NCBI RefSeq assembly: GCF_001194135.2 | Contig: NC_068990.1 | Location: 43,364,484 to 43,403,969, forward strand | DNA length: 39,486 nucleotides | Source of the DNA: Octopus bimaculoides | Lineage: Eukaryota | Reading direction: 5' to 3' | Translations under genes and position numbers: made by a program | Shown: one piece after another, positions 34,015 to 39,486 of the stretch | Position numbering within the stretch: position 1 is the first letter of the stretch | Layout of the letters: each line of letters begins with the position of its first letter | Notes under the pieces: model-generated | The model's input: the letters and a program-made list of their open reading frames with translations, nothing else | The model's database searches: none | What the model was told of the DNA's origin: nothing

Positions 34015-34170
34015 ATATGGATGGTTTCAGTTTCCCTCCATCAAATACACTTGCAAGGTTTTGATCAACTCTGGGATATTGTAAAAGACACTTGTCCAAG
34101 GTGCCATGCTGTGGGACTGAACTTGAGACCACATGGTTGGAACCAAGCTACTTAACTATACAGCAATGCC
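34015..34170 (-). mobile_element. SINE A 5' half
   Basis: gacacttgtccaaggtgccatgctgtgggactgaac ... ccacatggttgg. Confidence 0.75.
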
Positions 34171-34176
34171 TCTGTT

Positions 34177-35540
34177 AATCGAAGGGCCTTAGTGTTAATC
34201 TAGCAAAAACCAAAGTCTTAGTAAGTAGGAAGGCAGACAAATCCCAAATCTTTTCAGGCTGATGGCCCTGCTTGATCTGTAGAAAAGGCATAGGTAGAAA
34301 CTCCATAAGATGTACCAGGTGCAAGCTATGTACACATAAGAATTGCAGCAATACCAGAGAAAGGTTAACTGGGAAGATAGTTTTTGAGTACGGAAGCTGC
34401 ACAGGTGCCATAAACACTGAAAATGTGCAGAAAACAGATTCCATCACATGCCAGGGGAAAAAACTAGAAGTAGTTGATAGCTTCCATTACCTTGGTGACC
34501 AAGTCAGTAGCGTGGGTAGATACTCTGAGAGCATAACTGCTAGAATAAGAATAGACTGGGCAAAGTTCAGAGAGCCCTTATCTCTACCAGTAACAAAGGG
34601 CCTCTTGCACAGAGTGAAAGGTAGACTGCATGATGCCTGTGTATGAACAGCCATGCTACACAGCGGTAAAACATGGGCTGTGTCTGCTGAGGACATGCGT
34701 AGGCTTGAAAGAAATGAAGCTAGTATGCTCCACTGGATGTGTAATGTCAGTGTGCATACTAGACAGAGTGTAGCTCACTGAGAGAAAAATTGGACATAAG
34801 AAGCATCGGATATGATGTGCAAGAGAGACGACTGCACTGATATGGTCATGTGATGCATATGGATGAGAACAGCAGTGTGAAGAAGCGTCACACCCAAACA
34901 GTGAAGGGAACCTGTGGAAGGGGTAGACCTAGGAAGACTGGGATGAGGTAATGAAGCACAACCTTCAAACGTTGGACCTCACAGAGGCAGTGACAAGCAA
35001 CCAAGACCTTTGGAGATATGTCATGAGAAGACCTGACAAGCCAAGTAAGATCATAGTCATTGCTGATGTTAGTGTCACATAACTGGCCCTTTTAAAAGCA
35101 CCCTTCAATTGTTGGCCGATATGCCATGCTTGTGAAGACCTGTTCAACCAAGTGAAATTGTAGTCATGGCTGATGCCAGTACCACCTAACTAGCACCATT
35201 TGAGCATGGCCAATGCCAGTACCACCTAACTAGCACCTGTGCTGGTGGCATGCAAAAAGTACCATTTGAGCGTGGCCAATGCCAGTGCCACCTGACTGGA
35301 GCCCATGCTGGTGGCACATAAAAAGCACCATTCGATCATGGCCAATGCCTGTGCCACCCGACAGGCTCCCATGCTGGTGGTATGTAAAAAGCACCCACTA
35401 CACTCTTGGAGTGGTTGGCATTAGGAAGGATAACCAGCTGTAGAAACCGTTCCAAATCATATAGGAGCCTGGTGCAGCCTCCTGGCTTGCCAGTTCAGTC
35501 AAACCTACTGACTCATGCCAGCATGGCAAGCTGGTGTTAA

Positions 35541-35573
<33 letters not shown>
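34177..35573 (+). mobile_element. 5'-truncated RTE LINE (RT C-terminus, PHD-like insert, 3' UTR, (GAT)n tail)
   Basis: ORF 34272-34646 CRKGIGRNSIRCTRCKLCTHKNC...KKLEVVDSFHYLGDQ...KGRLHDACV; UTR motif ggttggcattaggaagg; GAT tail 35541-35573. Confidence 0.9.
35164..35395 (+). repeat. 66-bp tandem repeat (3 full units and 1 partial) inside RTE 3' UTR
   Basis: Unit starts at 35196, 35262, 35328, 35394; the 35262 unit holds the inverted repeat gtgccacc...ggtggcac, the others near-matches. Confidence 0.85.
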
Positions 35574-35574
<1 letters not shown>

Positions 35575-35725
35575 CAGTCTTCTTTCAGTTTCCATCTATC
35601 AAATCCACTCACAAGGCTTTGGTTGGCTTAGGGCGACAGTTGATGACACTTTCCCAAGGTGCCATGCAGTAGGACTGAACCTGGAACCATGTAGTTGGGA
35701 AGCAAGCTTCTTACCAGACAGCCAA
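35575..35725 (-). mobile_element. SINE A 5' half
   Basis: tttcagtttccatctatcaaatccactcacaaggctttgg ... ccaaggtgccatgcagtaggactgaacc. Confidence 0.8.
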
Positions 35726-35954
35726 ATTGTGTGAGATTTGGCTGAAAGTTCTAGAAAGTCAAGTGACCATGTACAAGTTACCTCATTGACTGCTCACTGT
35801 AAATAGGTACCAGTGATAGGTACAGCACATTGCTATAAGCAGTAAGTGATTTATGTAATTGATGACTGCTTCATTGACTACTATTAACAAGAGGATGTTA
35901 TCCCACTTTTTCCTCATTCCACATTTACAAGCACAGACGCACACACATACACAA

Positions 35955-36085
35955 CAGGATTCTTTTAGTTTCCCTCAACCAAATCCACTCACACGGCTTC
36001 AGTCAGCTCAAGGCTATAGTAGAAGTGGAACTGAACCTGAAACCATGTGGTTTGAGAAGCAAGCTTCTTAACACAAAGCCACACC
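35955..36085 (-). mobile_element. SINE A 5' half with internal deletion
   Basis: caaatccactcacacgg ... ggctatagtagaag | tggaactgaacctgaaaccatgtgg. Confidence 0.7.
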
Positions 36086-36129
36086 AGGATTGACTACTGA
36101 GTTGTACTTGTTTTGCATTGACTGAAAAT

Positions 36130-36380
36130 CTTTGTGCATGTGCGTGTGTGTGTGTGTGTGTTTGTTTGTCCCCCTTCCACAGCTTGACAGTCAGTCCTGG
36201 TGTGTTTACATTCCTATAACTTAACAGTTTGGCAAAAGAGACTGATAGAAATAAGTACCAGGCTTTTTCAAAAAATAAATATTGAGGTTAATATATTCAA
36301 CTAAAGATTCTTCAAGGCAGCATCCCAGCATGGCCTCAGTCTAATAACTGACACAAGTAAAAGATAAAGGATAAAAGATA
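36130..36380 (+). mobile_element. SINE A 3' half preceded by (TG)n
   Basis: gtttgtcccc ... ttggcaaaagagactgatagaaataagtacc ... ccagcatggcctcagtc ... aagtaaaagataaa. Confidence 0.75.
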
Positions 36381-36804
36381 TTGGGGGGGGAGGGGATTAA
36401 GAGGATCAAGTGAATTTTTATTCACAAAGACTAATATTAGTATAGAAATAAAAATGCATAAAATACAATTTGCTGATTGATATGACTGATTTATATATAA
36501 TTAACTTTTTGTTATCTGCTTTATATCATTTCCCAAACCCTAATAATATAATTATAATAATTTATCATTGGTTGGAAAAATGTCAGAAATAGTTGTAACA
36601 TTTGTTTCCACATAGATGAATCAATTCAGATCCTCCTCACTCATATGCTCTAATTCCTTTTGATTACTCAATAAACAAATTAATTATATATATATGGGGG
36701 AGGAGGCGGTGCATAAACACCAGTTGAGCACTAGCCTCAATGTAATTGACTTAACTACTCTCCCAAAATTTCAGGTCTTGCACCTATACTCTCTTTACTC
36801 TCTC

Positions 36805-37196
36805 TCTTTTACTTGTTTCAGTCATTTGACTGTGGCCATGTTGGAGCAAATCGACCCCAGGACTTTTTTTTGTAAGCCTAGTACTTATTCTATCGGTCTC
36901 TTTGTTCGAACTGCTAAGTTACGGGGACGTTAACACACCAGCATTGGTTGTCAAGCAAAGTTGGGGGGACAAACACAGACATACAAAGATATACACACAT
37001 ACATGCATATATATATATATATATACATATATACGACAGGCTTCTTTCAGTTTCCATCTACCAAATCCACTCACAAGGCTTTGGTCGGTCCGAGGCTATA
37101 GTAGAAGATACTTGCCCAAGGTGCCATGCAGTGGGAATGAACCGGGAACCATGTGGTTGGTAAGCAAGCTACTTACCACATAGCCACTCCTGCGCC
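36805..37196 (-). mobile_element. Full-length SINE A
   Basis: Complete reverse-complement copy ending gccactcctgcgcc. Confidence 0.9.
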
Positions 37197-37419
37197 TGTA
37201 GTTGAAAGTATAATTATTATTATTATTAGTTTTTCTATTAACTTGACTTCTCTTGATTTATCTATATCTATGTCATATCTCAGCTCCATCTCACAGCTTA
37301 GTGACACAACTCTTTTTTCAATACATGGGCTGTTCCATGTATTGCTGTCATCTGGATACTCCCTAAGAAGTTTAATATTTGCAGCTTTTGATGCCAGAAT
37401 ATTGTTTTTTTTTTTTTTA

Positions 37420-37600
37420 ATGATCTCATGTGCCACCAATTACAGCAGGTACCATACTCACTGATGAGGTTCTATGAGTTCTTATCACTTCCAATCCTAA
37501 GTCTTTGGTACTTCCCAATTTTCTCATCCTCTGTCTTAACAATATTTTGGTCTGCAAGTATAGCTGCATCGATGCAGACCCATTCTTTAGATTCCTTCTG
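37420..37600 (-). mobile_element. R4/Dong-like endonuclease fragment
   Basis: Minus strand EWVCIDAAILADQNIVKTEDEKIGKYQ fits ID.A.P.D.N...KE.EK..KY. Confidence 0.65.
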
Positions 37601-37604
37601 TTGG

Positions 37605-37940
37605 AGAGTGATTATTATCATTATTATTATTAGTTCAACTACACACAACAGATTAGACTGCTGGAAAAAACTCCCAACATCAGGCTACAACAAGTAATCT
37701 TAGTTGCCAAGAACAACCCTAAGTATCCTAGTAGTCCCTAATAATACTGTTTTCTGGAGCTGCACTAAACTAAGTTTTATACCGATCTCTTCTATCCATC
37801 TGTTCAAATCTTTAGGAATAATTCCTAATGCACCTATAATTACAGCAATACATTTTACCTGCACTTTCCAAAGTCTCTGTAGTTAAATGGCTAGGTCCTG
37901 GTACTTTGTTATTTTCTCTATACCTCTCACATTGACTTTT
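37605..37940 (-). mobile_element. R4/Dong-like LINE 3' end between (TAA)n tracts
   Basis: EKITKYQDLAI*LQRLWKVQVKCIAVIIGALGIIPKDLNRWIEEIGIKLSLVQLQKTVLLGTTRILRVVLGN*, short UTR, TAA tail. Confidence 0.85.
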
Positions 37941-37944
37941 TTTT

Positions 37945-37946
37945 TA

Positions 37947-38008
<62 letters not shown>
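37945..38008. repeat. (ATT)n microsatellite
   Basis: Direct inspection. Confidence 0.95.
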
Positions 38009-38019
38009 CTTTTGGTTGG

Positions 38020-38473
38020 AAGGCTAGAACGTCAGTGGAAGCTTGACAGATAATTTTGTTATCAAAACAACTGTTTTCATTGACATTATTGTTTAAAAGG
38101 GAGCATAAGACAATAGTCTTTGTCCCCAGAAAAAGAGTTAAATAATACTTGGGCCTTGAGTCCAAATATTAGTATTTGTGAAATGTTTACACATTTGCAA
38201 ACGAAAAATGGCATGGAGGGGCATAACTTTTGGATCTTTTTTAAAACGTTTTAAAAAAGATCCCTTATTTCTAACAATACTGGTGCTGAATAGTGACAAC
38301 ATCGAAAAATACCTTAGGAATGAGAACCCAGGTTCGAAATTTCCCCAAGACACCTGATGAAGGCTGGAGAGTATATCAGCCGAAATGTTGTGCTAACAAC
38401 AAACAAGATGAGGACAAATAGCCATCAACAGTAAATAATGTAAATAATTCTTCATTTCTTAAATATAGAACTG
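38020..38473 (+). mobile_element. Penelope-like element terminal region (pseudo-LTR)
   Basis: Carries the CTGATGA-hairpin-GAAA hammerhead-type motif typical of PLE termini; 38020-38270 is distantly homologous to the reverse complement of 39270-39486. The family call rests on the motif and my recall. Confidence 0.6.
38349..38394 (+). ncRNA. Minimal type I hammerhead ribozyme motif
   Basis: GACAC / CTGATGA / extra A / GGCTGG-agagtata-TCAGCC / GAAA / TG / TT / GTGCT: core, stem II and stem I pairing all present. Confidence 0.65.
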
Positions 38474-39486
38474 GATGTCTATCTCATAGTACTTTTGTTG
38501 GCATTTCGCAGCTGCTGATGCAAAAGTACTTGTTCTGCTCTCATTGTTGATGGTGGTGGTAGAATAGTTCATGTTGTTACTACTATTGATACTTCCAAAT
38601 ACACCCGTCTCTCTGTTGCTGGTGTTGACGCTGATATTGGTTTTGTTCTCACTTACTTCTTTACTGCCCACAAGGGGCTACACACAGAGGGGACAAACAA
38701 GGACAGACAAAGGGATTAAGTCGATTACATCGACCCCAGTGCGTAACTGGTACTTATTTAACCGACCTCGAAAGGATGAAAGGCAAAGTCGACCTCGGCG
38801 GAATTTGAACTCAGAACATAACGGCAGGCGAAATACCTCTAAGCTTTTCGCCCGGCATGCTAATGTCTCTGCCAGTTCGACGCCCCGTTATTGGTTGTGT
38901 TCTCAGCAATGTTTTTGCTATCGTTATTCGTTCTGTTATTGTCTTCTGTTATGCCTCTCTGCTCCCTCCGTGTTGTTGGAGTTGTTATTTACTGAGGTAA
39001 TATCAGTTATCAAAGCGTTTTCCACATTATTTCTGTTTGGGAAGTTGGCAGTTATATTTTTGTCGTCTATTCGACTATTGAATGATTGTGTGTTCTCCAT
39101 TGTGTCACCTTTCTCTGTCATAATACTTCTTTGTTCTTTGCAGTTAATTTTATCGCTGTCCATAGGGTCTGTGGTGCTTTTGGATTCATTATAAATTTTG
39201 TCCTCAAAATTGTTACTTGTGTCAGCGAAAATAAAATTTCCATGACTTTTCCTGCTGTTACAAACTGGTTTGTTTTGCATTAGAAAGTTAGGATCTTTTT
39301 TAAAACGGGGGCCACATTTTTCATTAACGAAACACTTTGAAACTTGGAACACTGGTAGAATGTGTCATATAAAACATCTTTTTCTCTTAGTCTTCTTAAA
39401 AAAAAAAGAAATCCATAAATTATTCCATGTTAAAGTTGTCGTATTTCTGTAATTTCAACCAATCACTGACGTCCATTCAGCCGATA
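38474..39486 (-). pseudogene. Disrupted Asn/Ser/Thr-rich ORF of a probable retroelement, oriented opposite to the PLE terminus
   Basis: ORF 38936-39352, one frameshift near 38965, SINE B insertion, then ORF 38459-38671 (...ESRTSTFASAAAKCQQKYYEID). Confidence 0.45.
38652..38884 (-). mobile_element. Full-length tRNA-derived SINE B with probable 17-bp TSD
   Basis: Minus-strand head ggcgtcgaactggcagag, B box gagttcaaattcc; flanks tattggttttgttctca (38635-38651) and tattggttgtgttctca (38889-38905). Confidence 0.88.

Noticed and set aside
35164-35395. CRISPR-like reading of the palindromic 66-bp array (also considered for 29348-29575)
   Set aside because: No unique spacers, no cas genes, eukaryotic context; units are whole-length tandem copies
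37461-37500. Second CTGATGA hammerhead-like core
   Set aside because: No stem II followed by GAAA; lies within an R4-like coding remnant on the opposite strand

Overview
Repeat-saturated, AT-rich eukaryotic genomic DNA with nine N gaps. By my recall of the repeat families it is most likely a cephalopod (Octopus-like) scaffold; this is an inference, not a database result. No host protein-coding gene could be established, and almost all listed ORFs are microsatellite read-throughs or transposon remnants. The window holds about 30 copies or fragments of several tRNA-derived SINE families (my labels A-E), RTE-type LINE remnants whose RT carries a C4HC3 PHD-like finger, several R4/Dong-like restriction-endonuclease LINE remnants sitting in (TAA)n or (TACA)n tracts, a full-length mariner with two nonsense codons plus a second partial copy, a maT/Tc1-like relic, hAT-like MITE ends and many micro/minisatellites. 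The best second-look items are: a minimal type I hammerhead ribozyme in a Penelope-like terminus at 38349-38394, within an inverted element pair that includes a perfect 32-bp palindrome; a non-coding ~610-bp element stacked in (TAA)n arrays; a 19-bp minisatellite built from p53-type half-sites; and a 66-bp hairpin array in the RTE 3' UTR.
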